Of a stretch of DNA of 63,073 nt, positions 1 to 10,235 are shown piece by piece. Location of the stretch: the NCBI GenBank assembly GCA_040882355.1, contig JBBEBM010000070.1, positions 1 through 63,073 on the forward strand, in the 5' to 3' direction. Source of the DNA: Dehalococcoidia bacterium. GTDB lineage: Bacteria > Chloroflexota > Dehalococcoidia > DSTF01 > RBG-16-68-14. The notes below the pieces were generated by a model. The model did no database searches. It was not told where the DNA came from and worked only from the letters and a program-made list of their open reading frames with translations. The stretch's first letter is position 1. Each line of letters begins with the position of its first letter. A program made the position numbers and the translations under genes.

Positions 1-908
1 CGTGCGACGACGACGAGGATGGCGGCGATCCTACAGCGACAGTCGCCGGCGAAGAACCCACCGAACCATCATCAGACCTCTCCGGCAGCATCGAGGGCGA
101 CGGTTCGAGCACCGTCTACCCCATCACCGAAGCCGTCCAGGAGGAGTTTCTGGCTGAGAACTCGGGCGTCGACATCCTGGTTGGCATCTCGGGCACCGGC
201 GGCGGCTTCGAGCGCTTCTGCGTCGGCGAGACCGACTTCAACGACGCGTCGCGCGCCATCGAGCCGGATGACGGCTGCGAGGCAGGGGGCATTGAGTACG
301 TCGAGTTCGAAGTCGCGTATGACGGCCTCGCCGTCATGGTCAACCCGGCCAACGACTTCGTAGAATGCCTGACGATCGAGGAGCTGACGAAGATCTGGGA
401 GCCGGCCGCGCAGGAGACGATCACGAACTGGAACCAGGTGCGCGACGGCTTCCCCGACCAGCCGCTCACGCTCTACGGTCCGGGCACCGACTCCGGCACC
501 TTCGACTACTTCACCGATGTGATCAACGGCGAAGAGGGCGCCTCCCGCGGCGACTACACCGCAAGCGAAGACGACAACACGCTCGTCACCGGCATCGCCG
601 GCGACGAAGACGCGCTCGGCTACTTCGGCGTCGCCTACTACGAACAGAACCAGGACAGCCTGAAGCTCGTCGCCGTCGACAGCGGAACCGGCTGTGTCCT
701 TCCCGAGTCGGCGAACGTGCTGGACGGGACATACGCGCCGCTCTCCCGCCCGCTCTACGTCTACGTGGCGACAGAGTCTCTCCAGCGTCCAGAGGTCGCC
801 GCCTTCATGCGCTTCTACATGGAGCACGGCGCCGAGCTGGCCACGGAGGTCGGCTACGTCGAGGCTCCGGCCGCAGCCTACGAGGAGGGGCTTGCCGCAA
901 TCCCGTAG
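1..908 (+). CDS. pstS: Phosphate ABC transporter substrate-binding lipoprotein (5' truncated by window edge)
   Basis: Frame open from position 3 (CDDDED..., probable lipoprotein Cys) through GDGSSTVYP and [11 protein letters not shown]stS motifs; first gene of pst operon. Confidence 0.93.
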   Translation, partial: CDDDEDGGDPTATVAGEEPTEPSSDLSGSIEGDGSSTVYPITEAVQEEFLAENSGVDILVGISGTGGGFERFCVGETDFNDASRAIEPDDGCEAGGIEYVEFEVAYDGLAVMVNPANDFVECLTIEELTKIWEPAAQETITNWNQVRDGFPDQPLTLYGPGTDSGTFDYFTDVINGEEGASRGDYTASEDDNTLVTGIAGDEDALGYFGVAYYEQNQDSLKLVAVDSGTGCVLPESANVLDGTYAPLSRPLYVYVATESLQRPEVAAFMRFYMEHGAELATEVGYVEAPAAAYEEGLAAIP

Positions 909-932
909 CTAACTTGCTCTCCCTCTCATGCC

Positions 933-977
933 GGTCTAGCATCCCCACGGACCTCCCTCCGTTGGGGATGCTAGACC
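933..977 (+). other. Intercistronic stem-loop between pstS and pstC
   Basis: Perfect 15-bp inverted repeat GGTCTAGCATCCCCA (933-947) / TGGGGATGCTAGACC (963-977), no U-tract. Confidence 0.7.
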
Positions 978-998
978 ACTTGTAAGGACGCATCCATA

Positions 999-1949
999 AT
1001 GGCCGCAGTGGCTTCGACCATCGCCGTCCAGTCTCGAGTGAGACCGAAGAGCGTGCTCAGCAAGCGCCTTAGGCGTGCGCGCGAGGCGGTCATCTACCTG
1101 TCGCTCTTCTCCTGCGCAATCGTCTCGGTCATCACGACGTTCGCCATCGTCTTCACACTCATCGCCGAGAGCCTCTCCTTCTTCGAGGAGGTCTCGCTCG
1201 TCGAGTTCCTGACCGGCACTCAGTGGACGCCGCTCTTCACCATCCAGCACTTCGGCGTGCTCCCGCTGCTCGGTGCAACGATGCTGATATCAGTCCTGGC
1301 GATGTTGGTCGCCGTCCCGCTCGGACTGCTTGCCGCGATCTACTTGAGCGAGTACGCCCCGTCAGGACTGCGAGCCGTCGTCAAGCCAGTGCTTGAAGTC
1401 CTCGCTGGCATCCCAACGGTCGTCTACGGCTACTTCGCCCTCACATTCCTGACGCCCAACGTGCTGAGAGGGCTATTCACAGACATCGCCCCGTTCAACG
1501 CGCTCGCCGCCAGCATCGCCATGGGCATCATGATCCTGCCGCTGGTGTCCTCGCTGAGCGAGGATGCCATGCGCGCCGTGCCGCAGTCATTGCGTGAGGG
1601 CGCCTACGGTCTGGGGGCGAACCGGTTCGAGGTCGCGACCCGCGTCGTCGTCCCAGCCGCCCTCTCCGGCATCGTCGCGGCCTCGATCCTGGCGATGTCG
1701 CGCGCCGTAGGCGAGACGATGATCGTCGCCATTGCCGCCGGCAACCAGCCGAACCTGAGCTGGAACCCCCTGGAAGGTATGCAGGCGATGACGGCCTACA
1801 TCGTCCAGGTCAGCCTGGGCGACACGCCGCGCGGCAGCGTTGAGTATGACACCATCTTCGCGGTCGGGATCCTGCTCTTCGCCGTCACGCTGCTGCTGAA
1901 TATCGGCGCTCAGTGGTTCCTCAGCCGCTTCCGGGAGGAGTACGAATGA
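999..1949 (+). CDS. pstC: Phosphate ABC transporter permease PstC
   Basis: [18 protein letters not shown] motifs; hydrophobic; operon position. Confidence 0.95.
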   Translation: MAAVASTIAVQSRVRPKSVLSKRLRRAREAVIYLSLFSCAIVSVITTFAIVFTLIAESLSFFEEVSLVEFLTGTQWTPLFTIQHFGVLPLLGATMLISVLAMLVAVPLGLLAAIYLSEYAPSGLRAVVKPVLEVLAGIPTVVYGYFALTFLTPNVLRGLFTDIAPFNALAASIAMGIMILPLVSSLSEDAMRAVPQSLREGAYGLGANRFEVATRVVVPAALSGIVAASILAMSRAVGETMIVAIAAGNQPNLSWNPLEGMQAMTAYIVQVSLGDTPRGSVEYDTIFAVGILLFAVTLLLNIGAQWFLSRFREEYE

Positions 1950-2824
1950 TCGCCGGCGCCGCGATGCGGCGCAGGCTGCGGGTCCGGCGCGGCGCCGGCG
2001 GCATCTTCGTGACGCTCTGCTTTGCCGCGACACTCGCGGGCATCGTCGCTCTCGCCGTCCTGCTGATTACGGTGGCGGCGGACGGTGTGCAGCGGCTGAG
2101 CTGGGAGTTCATCAACAGCTACCCGTCCCGCCGGCCTGAAGACGCAGGCATCAAGGTCGCCCTCTACGGCACGCTCTGGCTGATGGCTTTCACCGGCGCC
2201 TTTGCCGTGCCGTTGGGCATCGGCGCAGCCGTCTACCTGGAAGAGTTCGCCACGCGGAACTGGCTCACCCGCATCATCGAGACGAACATCAACAACCTCG
2301 CCGGGGTACCCTCGATCGTCTACGGCATCCTCGGGCTGGCGATCTTCGTCCGCTACCTGGACCTGGGGCGCAGCTTGCTCGCCGGCTCGCTCACCATGGC
2401 CCTCCTCATCCTGCCGATCATTATCGTCGCCTCGCGCGAAGGACTGCGAGCGGTGCCGCCTTCGATCCGCGAGGGGTCGCTGGCGTTGGGCGCCACAAGG
2501 TGGCAGACCGTCCGCTTCCAGGTGTTGCCCGCGGCGCTGCCTTCGATGATGACCGGCGTGATCCTGGCCCTCTCCCGGGCGATCGGCGAGACCGCGCCGC
2601 TGATCATGATGGGTGCCCTCCTCTTCATCTCCTACACGCCCGATAGCCCGTTCGACCGCTTCACGGTGCTGCCGATCCAGATCTTCAACTGGGTTTCCCG
2701 GCCGCAGCACGAGTTCAAAGAGAACGCCGCGGCCGGCATCATCGTGCTGCTCATCGTCTTGCTGTCGATGAACGCTGTGGCCGTGCTGCTTCGCACCTGG
2801 TTCGAAGGGAGAAGAAAGTGGTAA
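1946..2824 (+). CDS. pstA: Phosphate ABC transporter permease PstA
   Basis: [20 protein letters not shown] motifs; ATGA overlap with pstC gives start 1946. Confidence 0.95.
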   Translation: MIAGAAMRRRLRVRRGAGGIFVTLCFAATLAGIVALAVLLITVAADGVQRLSWEFINSYPSRRPEDAGIKVALYGTLWLMAFTGAFAVPLGIGAAVYLEEFATRNWLTRIIETNINNLAGVPSIVYGILGLAIFVRYLDLGRSLLAGSLTMALLILPIIIVASREGLRAVPPSIREGSLALGATRWQTVRFQVLPAALPSMMTGVILALSRAIGETAPLIMMGALLFISYTPDSPFDRFTVLPIQIFNWVSRPQHEFKENAAAGIIVLLIVLLSMNAVAVLLRTWFEGRRKW

Positions 2825-3687
2825 GGTCACAGGAGACGGTGGAGGAGACGCGAGAGCGTTTGATCCAGTTGGATCTCGTCACACGCGCGCCAGAGGTCAC
2901 CGAGGTCGATGCGCGACCGGAAGCCGGCGTCGCCGTTGACATTCGCGGCCTGAACGCCTGGTATGGCTCGTTCCAGGCGTTGCGCGGCGTGACTATGGCC
3001 GTGCCGCGCGAGCGAATCGTCGCTATCATCGGGCCGTCCGGCTGCGGCAAGAGCACCCTCATCCGCTGCCTCAACCGGATGAACGACCTGGTCCCGAGCT
3101 TTCGCGCGGACGGCGTAGTCCTCTTCGAAGGCGAGAATCTCTACAGCAAGGGCGTCGACGCTGTCGACCTGCGTCGCCGGGTGGGCATGGTCTTTCAGAA
3201 ACCGAACCCCTTCCCCAAGTCGATCTACGACAACGTCGCCTTCGGCGCCAGGATCAACGGCTACGTCGGTAAGCTGGACGAGATCGTGGAGCGCGCCCTC
3301 CGCCAGGCGGCGCTCTGGGACGACGTAAAGGACAAGCTCCACAAGAGCGCGCTCGCCCTTTCCGGCGGCCAGCAGCAGCGCCTCTGCATCGCCCGGACGG
3401 TGGCGGTGGAGCCAGAGGTGATCCTGATGGACGAGCCATGCAGCGCCCTCGACCCGATCGCCACCCTACGCATCGAGGAGTTGATGCGCGAGCTCGCTCG
3501 GACCTACGCGATCGTCATCGTGACGCACAACATGCAGCAGGCCGCCCGCGTCGCCGACTATACTGCGGTCATGATGATGACCGAGGACCGCGCAGGCGAG
3601 CTCGTCGAGTACGGGGACACGCGCGAGATCTTTACCAACCCGCAGAAGAAGCAGACAGAAGACTACATCACGGGGCGCTTCGGTTAG
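2818..3687 (+). CDS. pstB: Phosphate ABC transporter ATP-binding protein
   Basis: Walker [26 protein letters not shown]-terminal YITGRFG; exact start uncertain. Confidence 0.96.
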   Translation: MVRSQETVEETRERLIQLDLVTRAPEVTEVDARPEAGVAVDIRGLNAWYGSFQALRGVTMAVPRERIVAIIGPSGCGKSTLIRCLNRMNDLVPSFRADGVVLFEGENLYSKGVDAVDLRRRVGMVFQKPNPFPKSIYDNVAFGARINGYVGKLDEIVERALRQAALWDDVKDKLHKSALALSGGQQQRLCIARTVAVEPEVILMDEPCSALDPIATLRIEELMRELARTYAIVIVTHNMQQAARVADYTAVMMMTEDRAGELVEYGDTREIFTNPQKKQTEDYITGRFG

Positions 3688-3690
3688 TCC

Positions 3691-4356
3691 ATGGCACGCA
3701 CGGCATTCGAACGACAGCTCACAGAAGTGCAGGAAGACATGCTGGTCCTCGCCAGCATGGTCGAGAGCGCGATCGAACGCTCCGTGCGCGCGCTCAAGGA
3801 ACGCGATTTCGAGCTCGCTCGCGTGATCATCGCAGACGACCTGCGAATTAACGACAAGCGCTACGAGATCGAAGAGAAGTGCCTGGAGCTCATCGCTACG
3901 CAGCAGCCGCTCGCCAGCGACCTGCGCACCATCGTCTCCGTGCTCTACATCATCGTCGACCTCGAACGCATGGGCGATCACGCGGAAGGCGTCGCCAAGA
4001 TCGCCCTCATGCTTGTCGACGAGGCGCCCCTCAAGCCCTACATCGACCTCCCTCGCATGGCCGAGATCGCCGTTCGCATGCTGAACGAAAGCCTGGAGGC
4101 GTTCAAGCACCGGGACGCCGCGCATGCGCGAGCGATCTGCAATGAGGACGACGAAGTTGACGCGCTCTACGACCAGGTCTACCGCGAGCTGCTCACCTTC
4201 ATGGCCAACGACCCGCGCACGATCCAGCGCGCCACATACCTGATCTGGGTTGCCCACAACCTGGAGCGCATCGCCGACCGGGTGACCAACATCTGCGAAC
4301 GGGTGGTCTACTTGGTGGAGGGCCGCATCGAGGAGATGAACGTCTCCAAGTATTGA
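3691..4356 (+). CDS. phoU: Phosphate signalling complex protein PhoU
   Basis: QQPLASDLR, DLERMGDHA, LERIADRVTNICE motifs. Confidence 0.96.
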   Translation: MARTAFERQLTEVQEDMLVLASMVESAIERSVRALKERDFELARVIIADDLRINDKRYEIEEKCLELIATQQPLASDLRTIVSVLYIIVDLERMGDHAEGVAKIALMLVDEAPLKPYIDLPRMAEIAVRMLNESLEAFKHRDAAHARAICNEDDEVDALYDQVYRELLTFMANDPRTIQRATYLIWVAHNLERIADRVTNICERVVYLVEGRIEEMNVSKY

Positions 4357-4392
4357 GCGCCCCTTTGCCACGAGATCGTAACATTTGTGAAG

Positions 4393-4488
4393 TTGCATCA
4401 AGGCTGGGGATGAGCTAATGTAGCTATGCGTGGGGACCCCCCCACGCAGGCTCCGCGTAGCCGCCACTGCGCGGAGCCTCACTTTATC
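4393..4488 (+). ncRNA. Candidate small RNA (two hairpins with its own promoter) or double terminator
   Basis: TTGCAT-17bp-TAATGT (4393-4421) places +1 near 4427; adjacent hairpins 4427-4448 and 4448-4479 followed by CACTTTAT. Confidence 0.35.
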
Positions 4489-4517
4489 CAACTCCGAATC
4501 GCCTGGCGGAGAGCGGT

Positions 4518-4547
4518 TTGCCGACCATACCTGTGAGGCAGTACGAT
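4518..4547 (+). promoter_or_regulatory. Putative sigma70 promoter for rfbABD
   Basis: TTGCCG-18bp-TACGAT. Confidence 0.4.
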
Positions 4548-4584
4548 TGGCCCGAGGCCCCTCACGGCCTCGGCGCAGAGAACA

Positions 4585-5676
4585 ATGGCAGCTTCCAGCG
4601 GCAAAGAGCGGCTCAAAGGACTGATTCTGGCCGGGGGTAAGGGCACCCGCCTGCGCCCGTTCACCTACACCGGCGCCAAGCAGCTCGTCCCCATCGCCAA
4701 CAAGCCCGTCATCTTCTACGCCATCGAAGAGCTGGTCGCCTGCGGGATCACGGAGATCGCCGTTGTCGCCGGCGACACGATGGACCAGTTCGTCGAAGCG
4801 ATTGGTGACGGCTCGCGCTTTGGCGCAAGCGTCAGCTACATCCACCAGCCGGCGCCGCTCGGCATCGCCCACGGCGTCAAGATCGCTGAGGAGTTCCTCG
4901 GCGACACTCCCTTCGTCCTTTTCCTCGGCGACAACTTCATTAAGGAAGGCATCGCTCCTTATGTCGAGCGTTTTCGCACCAAGTGCCACAACGGCCTGGT
5001 GCTGCTCTACCCGGTCGAGCGGCCCCAGGAGCTGGGCATCGCCGAGCTCGACGGCGACCGCCTCGTGCGGGTTGTCGAAAAGCCCGTGGACCCACCGTCC
5101 AACCTCGCCATCATCGGCATCTACTTCTTCGACGCCCACGTATTCGACGCCATCCGCCGCATCACGCCCTCCGCCCGCGGCGAGCTGGAGATCACCGACA
5201 CGATCCAGCGTCTCATCGACGACGGACTCGACATTCAGGCGGAGGTCGTCTCGGGCCGCTGGATCGACACCGGCAAACACGATGACCTCCTCGAAGCGAA
5301 CGCGCTCATCCTGGAGGACCTCCAGCCGGCCCTGTTCGGCACGTACGACACGGCGAGCAAGGTCCAGGGCCGCGTCGTGCTCGAGGAAGGCGCGGACGTG
5401 GTAAACAGCCGGATCCAGGGGCCCGTGATCATCGGCAAGCGAACGCGCGTCATCAACTCGTACATCGGCCCGTTCACTTCCATCTACCACGACTGCCTGA
5501 TCGCCGACACGGAGATCGCGGCCAGCGCCGTCCTTGAGCACACGACCATCGAGGACGTCGGCCACCGCATCGAGCACAGCCTGATCGGCCGCAACGTTGA
5601 GCTGCGCGGCCACGACCGCCGCCCGCGCAGCTACACCCTCATCCTGGGCGACTACAGCAAGGTGCAAATGCCCTGA
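4585..5676 (+). CDS. rfbA: Glucose-1-phosphate thymidylyltransferase (long form)
   Basis: GLILAGGKGTRLRP, KQLVPIANKP, SARGELEITD motifs; C-terminal beta-helix region. Confidence 0.93.
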   Translation: MAASSGKERLKGLILAGGKGTRLRPFTYTGAKQLVPIANKPVIFYAIEELVACGITEIAVVAGDTMDQFVEAIGDGSRFGASVSYIHQPAPLGIAHGVKIAEEFLGDTPFVLFLGDNFIKEGIAPYVERFRTKCHNGLVLLYPVERPQELGIAELDGDRLVRVVEKPVDPPSNLAIIGIYFFDAHVFDAIRRITPSARGELEITDTIQRLIDDGLDIQAEVVSGRWIDTGKHDDLLEANALILEDLQPALFGTYDTASKVQGRVVLEEGADVVNSRIQGPVIIGKRTRVINSYIGPFTSIYHDCLIADTEIAASAVLEHTTIEDVGHRIEHSLIGRNVELRGHDRRPRSYTLILGDYSKVQMP

Positions 5677-6704
5677 TGCGCGCGATTCTCGTCACAGGCG
5701 GCGCCGGCTTCATCGGCAGTAACTTCGTCCGCCATCTGCTGGCGACATACGACTACGCGGTCATCAACCTCGATAAGCTCACCTACGCTGGCAACCTCGA
5801 TAACCTGCGCGACATCGAAGACGACCCGCGCTACCGCTTCGTCCAGGGCGACATCTGCGACGCTCAGGTCGTCGCCCCGCTCATGCGCGAAGCCGACGCC
5901 ATCGTCCACTTCGCCGCCGAGAGCCACGTCGACCGGTCGATCGTCGACCCCGGCGCCTTCATCCAGACGGACGTCTACGGCACCTTTGTGCTGCTCGATG
6001 CCGCGCGCGAGGCGGGCATCGAGCGCTTCCTCCACATCGCGACCGACGAGGTCTACGGGCCGTCCGCCCCCGGCGAGCGCCTTACAGAGCAATCGCCCTT
6101 CCGGCCCCGCAGCCCCTACGCCGCAAGCAAGGCCGGCGGCGAGCTGCAGTGCCACGCCTTCGTCGAGACGTACGGCCTGCCCATCGTCATCGCCCGCCCG
6201 GCGAACAACATCGGGCCGCGCCAGTACCCGGAGAAGGCCGTTCCACTGTTCGTCACCAACGCCCTCGATGACCAGCCGCTGCCCATCTACGACCAGGGCC
6301 TCCAGGTGCGCGACCGCCTCTACGTCGAAGATCACTGCGAGGCGCTCGACCTGCTGCTCCACCGCGGCGAGCTCGGCGAGGCCTACAACATCAGCGCGGA
6401 CAATGAGCGCACCAACATCGAGGTCGCCGAGACGATCCTGGAGCTGCTGGAGAAGCCGAAGAGCCTGATCCGCTTCGTGGAAGACCGCCCCGGCCACGAC
6501 CGCCAATACAGCATGGACTCGTCGAAGCTGCGCGCCCTCGGCTGGGCGCCCAAGCACGACTTTCAGGCCGCGATCGAGAAGACGGTCGACTGGTACCGGC
6601 AGAACCGCTGGTGGTGGGAGAAGATCAAGTCAGGCGAGTATGGCGAGTACTACCAGCAGATGTACGGTCGCCGGCTGGCCGAAGCGCGCCCATACCAGGA
6701 ATGA
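5676..6704 (+). CDS. rfbB: dTDP-glucose 4,6-dehydratase
   Basis: TGGAGFIGSNF, DKLTYAG, AAESHVDRS, TDEVYG, YAASK, DRPGHD motifs. Confidence 0.96.
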   Translation: MRAILVTGGAGFIGSNFVRHLLATYDYAVINLDKLTYAGNLDNLRDIEDDPRYRFVQGDICDAQVVAPLMREADAIVHFAAESHVDRSIVDPGAFIQTDVYGTFVLLDAAREAGIERFLHIATDEVYGPSAPGERLTEQSPFRPRSPYAASKAGGELQCHAFVETYGLPIVIARPANNIGPRQYPEKAVPLFVTNALDDQPLPIYDQGLQVRDRLYVEDHCEALDLLLHRGELGEAYNISADNERTNIEVAETILELLEKPKSLIRFVEDRPGHDRQYSMDSSKLRALGWAPKHDFQAAIEKTVDWYRQNRWWWEKIKSGEYGEYYQQMYGRRLAEARPYQE

Positions 6705-6725
6705 TGCTCTGGCCCACCGGATCCC

Positions 6726-6750
6726 GTAGCCGAGGCTCTCCGGCCTCGGC
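6726..6750 (+). repeat. GTAG-headed REP-like palindrome
   Basis: GTAGCCGAGGCTCTCCGGCCTCGGC in the rfbB-rfbD spacer. Confidence 0.45.
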
Positions 6751-6768
6751 CGTCGCGCGAGGCCGAAC

Positions 6769-7623
6769 ATGCGCGTGCTGATCACCGGCGGAGGCGGACA
6801 GCTCGGGCGCGACCTGCACCAGGCCCTCGCGGACCATGACGTTCGGGCCGCCGCCCGCGCCGACCTCGACATTACGAACGCCAGCGCCGTGCGCGAGGCG
6901 GTCGAGTCGTTCCGCCCGGACGTCGTTGTGCACGCCGCCGCCTTGACCGACACTACCCGCTGCGAGCGGGAGCCGGAGGCGGCCTATGTGGTGAACGCCC
7001 TCGGCGCGCGCAACGTCGCCGTCGCCTGCGGCCCGGCAGGCGCAGCCATGGCCTACGTCAGCACGAACGAGGTCTTCGACGGCGCCCAATCGGAGCCCTA
7101 CCTGGAGTTCGACGAGCCACGCCCGCTGAACGTCTACGCGCGCTCAAAGCTCGCCGCCGAGCGGTTGGTGCAGGAGGTGCTGCCGCAGCACTACATCGTG
7201 CGCACAGCCTGGCTCTACGGGCACGGGGGCAACCACTTCGTCGCCAAAGTCCTCCGCGCCGCCGGGCAGGGCGAAGTCACCGGCGTCGTCGACGAGATCG
7301 CGACGCCCACCTGGACGCGCGACCTCGCGCAGGCGATCGCTCGCCTCATCAACACCGGCCTCTACGGCGTCTACCACCTCACGAACGCCGGCGAGACCTC
7401 GCGCTACGGCTGGGCGAAGGAGGCCCTGCGATTGGCGGGCAGGCCGGAGGCGCCTGTGTGCCCCGTCACCACCGCCGAGTTCCGCGCCTCGCTCCCACGA
7501 GAGGCCATCGCGCCGCGCAAGCCGCCCTACTCCGTTCTGCGCAACCTGGCGGGCACTGCGGCCGGCATCGAGCTGCGCCCCTGGCAGGACGCCCTCGCCG
7601 AGTACTTCGCCAGCGGCGCCTAA
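6769..7623 (+). CDS. rfbD: dTDP-4-dehydrorhamnose reductase
   Basis: [21 protein letters not shown] motifs; follows rfbB. Confidence 0.93.
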   Translation: MRVLITGGGGQLGRDLHQALADHDVRAAARADLDITNASAVREAVESFRPDVVVHAAALTDTTRCEREPEAAYVVNALGARNVAVACGPAGAAMAYVSTNEVFDGAQSEPYLEFDEPRPLNVYARSKLAAERLVQEVLPQHYIVRTAWLYGHGGNHFVAKVLRAAGQGEVTGVVDEIATPTWTRDLAQAIARLINTGLYGVYHLTNAGETSRYGWAKEALRLAGRPEAPVCPVTTAEFRASLPREAIAPRKPPYSVLRNLAGTAAGIELRPWQDALAEYFASGA

Positions 7624-9203
7624 CCTCTCACGCGCAGCCGCCAGCCGAGCAGGGCGAATGCGCCGAACGCCATCGCCAGCGGCACGAGGAAGACAGCGCC
7701 CCCACTGGAACCGCCCCGACCTGCGCCGGTAGAGGGCAGGCCCCCCACTCCCGCGCCACCGGTTTGCGACGTAGGCCCTACCGTCACGCCGGCCACTTCC
7801 GAGGTCCGCGTCGCCGTCGGCTGTAGCTCCGTCGGCGACGGCGTTGCCGTGAACGGATCGGTCGGTTCGGGTGTGACCGTGTCCGTCGGCGTCAGCGTGA
7901 CCGTAGGGGTCGCGGTGCGCGTACGCGTGGCCGTTGGCGTCCCCGTCGACGTGCGCGTTCGCGTGACCGTCGGCGTCGGCGTGTTCGTCCGCGTCGGCGT
8001 ATTCGTGCGAGTCGGGGTCACCGTTGGCGTCACGGTGTCTGTTGGCGTCGGCGTGTGAGTTCGGGTAGGAGTCGCCGTGCCGGTTGCCGTTGGCGTGCCG
8101 GTGTTCGTCGGCGTCGGCGTGTCGGTCGCCGTAAGAGTCGCGGTCGGTGTGGGCGTCGTCGTCGGCGTATTCGTCACCGTCGGTGTCGCCGTACTCGTCC
8201 GCGACGGCGTCGTCGTCGGCGTAAGCGTCTGCGTGCGGGTAGGCGTTGATGTAGCAGTATCGGTGGGCGTGGCCGTTTCAGTCGCCGTTGGCGTGATCGT
8301 GGCGGTCGGCGTGATGGTTCGCGTCGGCGTCACGGTGGCTGTATTCGTCACGGTTGGCGTCGACGTGCTCGTAGACGTGGCGGTGGCCGTCGGCGTGTCC
8401 GTGCGGGTGGGCGTCGACGTCGCCGAGGACGTGGCGGTTGCGGTCGCCGCGCTGGTCGCCGTCCTCGTCGCGGTCGCGGTGTTGGTCGGCGTTCGCGTGC
8501 GCGTCGCCGTCGCGGTGGGCGTCCTGGTTCGTGTTGGGGTGAACGTGAACGTGGGAGGAGGAGGGCACGTCCCGGTGCAAGGCGCTGGAGTGCACGTGAC
8601 CGTCGCGGCGACGAGCGACGGGTCCATCGCGTTGTTGAGCGCATCGGTGAAGTGCGAGCCTGCCTGCGAATCACCCGCCCTGGGTACCAGGATCAGTTGG
8701 GTCGTGCCCGCCGCATCACAGCGCATGCGCCACTGGCCTGCGACCCCCGTGTAGGTGAGCAGGGGGTCCGGTGCGGGAAACGGCTGGCAGGCATAGGTGA
8801 AGGAGGGATCGCCCGGCTGGTTTATGAAGCGAGCCGCGATAGTACATTCCGGGCTCCTGGACTCACTCAGCGTAGAAGTCGCCGGCAGATACTCCAGAAT
8901 GTCGTTGGGCCAGCGCACCTTCGCCTGCCAACCGTTGAAGCCGCCAGGGGGCGCCTGGGTGATGTGCATGGCGATGTTGAAGACCCTTCCGACGGGAAAC
9001 GTGCAACTGGTGTCGATGTCGGCGTCGACGACCTTCGTGGCCGTCGGTGTGGGCGCCAGCGGTGTCGGAATCGCCGAGAGGCCTCTGTTGCAGTCGATCG
9101 CCATCGCGCCGAGCGTCTGCCCTTCAGCGGGTGGCATCAAACGCCAGATGGCCAAGCCAACAGCCAAGAACACGAATACCAAGATGAGGTATCGCCACCC
9201 CAT
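7620..9203 (-). CDS. Secreted Thr/Pro-rich (mucin-like) surface protein with LPSTG sorting-like C-terminus
   Basis: N-terminal signal peptide, Cys-containing globular domain, ~230-aa T/P/A low-complexity stalk, GLPSTG + hydrophobic segment + RLRVRG tail. Confidence 0.85.
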   Translation of the reverse strand: MGWRYLILVFVFLAVGLAIWRLMPPAEGQTLGAMAIDCNRGLSAIPTPLAPTPTATKVVDADIDTSCTFPVGRVFNIAMHITQAPPGGFNGWQAKVRWPNDILEYLPATSTLSESRSPECTIAARFINQPGDPSFTYACQPFPAPDPLLTYTGVAGQWRMRCDAAGTTQLILVPRAGDSQAGSHFTDALNNAMDPSLVAATVTCTPAPCTGTCPPPPTFTFTPTRTRTPTATATRTRTPTNTATATRTATSAATATATSSATSTPTRTDTPTATATSTSTSTPTVTNTATVTPTRTITPTATITPTATETATPTDTATSTPTRTQTLTPTTTPSRTSTATPTVTNTPTTTPTPTATLTATDTPTPTNTGTPTATGTATPTRTHTPTPTDTVTPTVTPTRTNTPTRTNTPTPTVTRTRTSTGTPTATRTRTATPTVTLTPTDTVTPEPTDPFTATPSPTELQPTATRTSEVAGVTVGPTSQTGGAGVGGLPSTGAGRGGSSGGAVFLVPLAMAFGAFALLGWRLRVRG

Positions 9204-9309
9204 GTTGCCACCTCCGCAGCTCTCCCGGGCTCCCCGCTTCCAGCAGCCCTAGTATACCCCCTATGTCAAGCCAGGCCACCCCGGGCGTCCCGAATGCTAC
9301 CATGGGGAC

Positions 9310-10224
9310 GTGAGCGAGGCTTCGGTCGGAATCGTCGTCGTCAACTACAACAGCGCCGCGTTCATCGGCGAGTTCATCGACTCGATCCGGCGCGTCGACT
9401 ATGCGAACGCGCGCCTCGTCATCATCGACGCCGCCTCCAGCGACGGCTCGACCGACGAGATCGCGCACCGGTGCCCTGAGGCGCACATCATCTACGCCGG
9501 CGAGAACACCGGCACGGCGATGGGCTTCAACCTGGGGGCGCGGTACTGCCGCGAGCAGGGCCTCGACTATGTCCTGTTCCTGAACAACGACACCGCTCAC
9601 GAGGCCGACTTCCTGCGCGTCCTCGTCCAGGCCGCCGACGACCACACCCTGGTCGTCCCACGCATCCTCTACAGCCACGATCAGCGGCTGATCAGCACCC
9701 ACGCCGGCGGCTTCGACTGGACGCTGGGGCTCTTCCGCGACACCTACCACGGGAAGCCCGACGGTCCGGCGACCCGCCATCTGCGCGAGCTTCAGACCGC
9801 GAGCTTCTGTTGCGCGCTCGTGCCGCTCGCCGCGTTCGACGAGCTAGGCCCCCTGGACGAGCGCTTCTTCATGTACTACGAGGAGACCGACTTCATCCAG
9901 CGCGGCCTGGAGCGTGGCTATCGCCTGCTCTACGTGCCGGAAGCGCTGATCTACCACCAGGAGAGCGCCTCGAGCGGCGGCGGCTGGATGACGCCGTTCA
10001 AGCACTACTACGCGACTCGCAACCGGCTCTACCTGGTCCACAAGCACGCCACCTCAAAGCTCAAGTACGCCTACTTCACCGCCTACTTCTGGGCGACCCG
10101 CGTTCCCTACCTCGCCCGTTATGTCGTGCTGCGCGACTGGACGATGCTCAAAGCGATGACACTGGCGATCCTGCACTACTACACGGGCCGGATGGGCCGC
10201 ACGCTGGAGGTACAGGACCTCTGA
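9310..10224 (+). CDS. Glycosyltransferase family 2
   Basis: VVVNYN, FLNNDT, FFMYYEETDF motifs. Confidence 0.9.
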   Translation: MSEASVGIVVVNYNSAAFIGEFIDSIRRVDYANARLVIIDAASSDGSTDEIAHRCPEAHIIYAGENTGTAMGFNLGARYCREQGLDYVLFLNNDTAHEADFLRVLVQAADDHTLVVPRILYSHDQRLISTHAGGFDWTLGLFRDTYHGKPDGPATRHLRELQTASFCCALVPLAAFDELGPLDERFFMYYEETDFIQRGLERGYRLLYVPEALIYHQESASSGGGWMTPFKHYYATRNRLYLVHKHATSKLKYAYFTAYFWATRVPYLARYVVLRDWTMLKAMTLAILHYYTGRMGRTLEVQDL

Positions 10225-10235
10225 GCGCCCGCCCG

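Noticed and set aside
4385..4402. TTGTGAAGTTGCATCAAG as a CRP/FNR/Rex site
   Set aside because: Half-sites do not match one consensus at the correct spacing
4490..4530. GGCAAACC on the minus strand as a c-di-GMP-I riboswitch
   Set aside because: No GAAA-loop stem or GACGCAAAGC partner, and wrong orientation for rfbA
3466..5667. 733-aa minus-strand ORF
   Set aside because: Antisense shadow of pstB/phoU/rfbA caused by high-GC codon bias; no motifs
7849..8754. Val/Gly-rich plus-strand ORFs
   Set aside because: Reverse-complement reading of the Thr/Pro repeat protein
9251..9270. TTGACA...TATACT on the minus strand as a canonical promoter
   Set aside because: Spacer is only about 7 bp; at most the -10 element is usable
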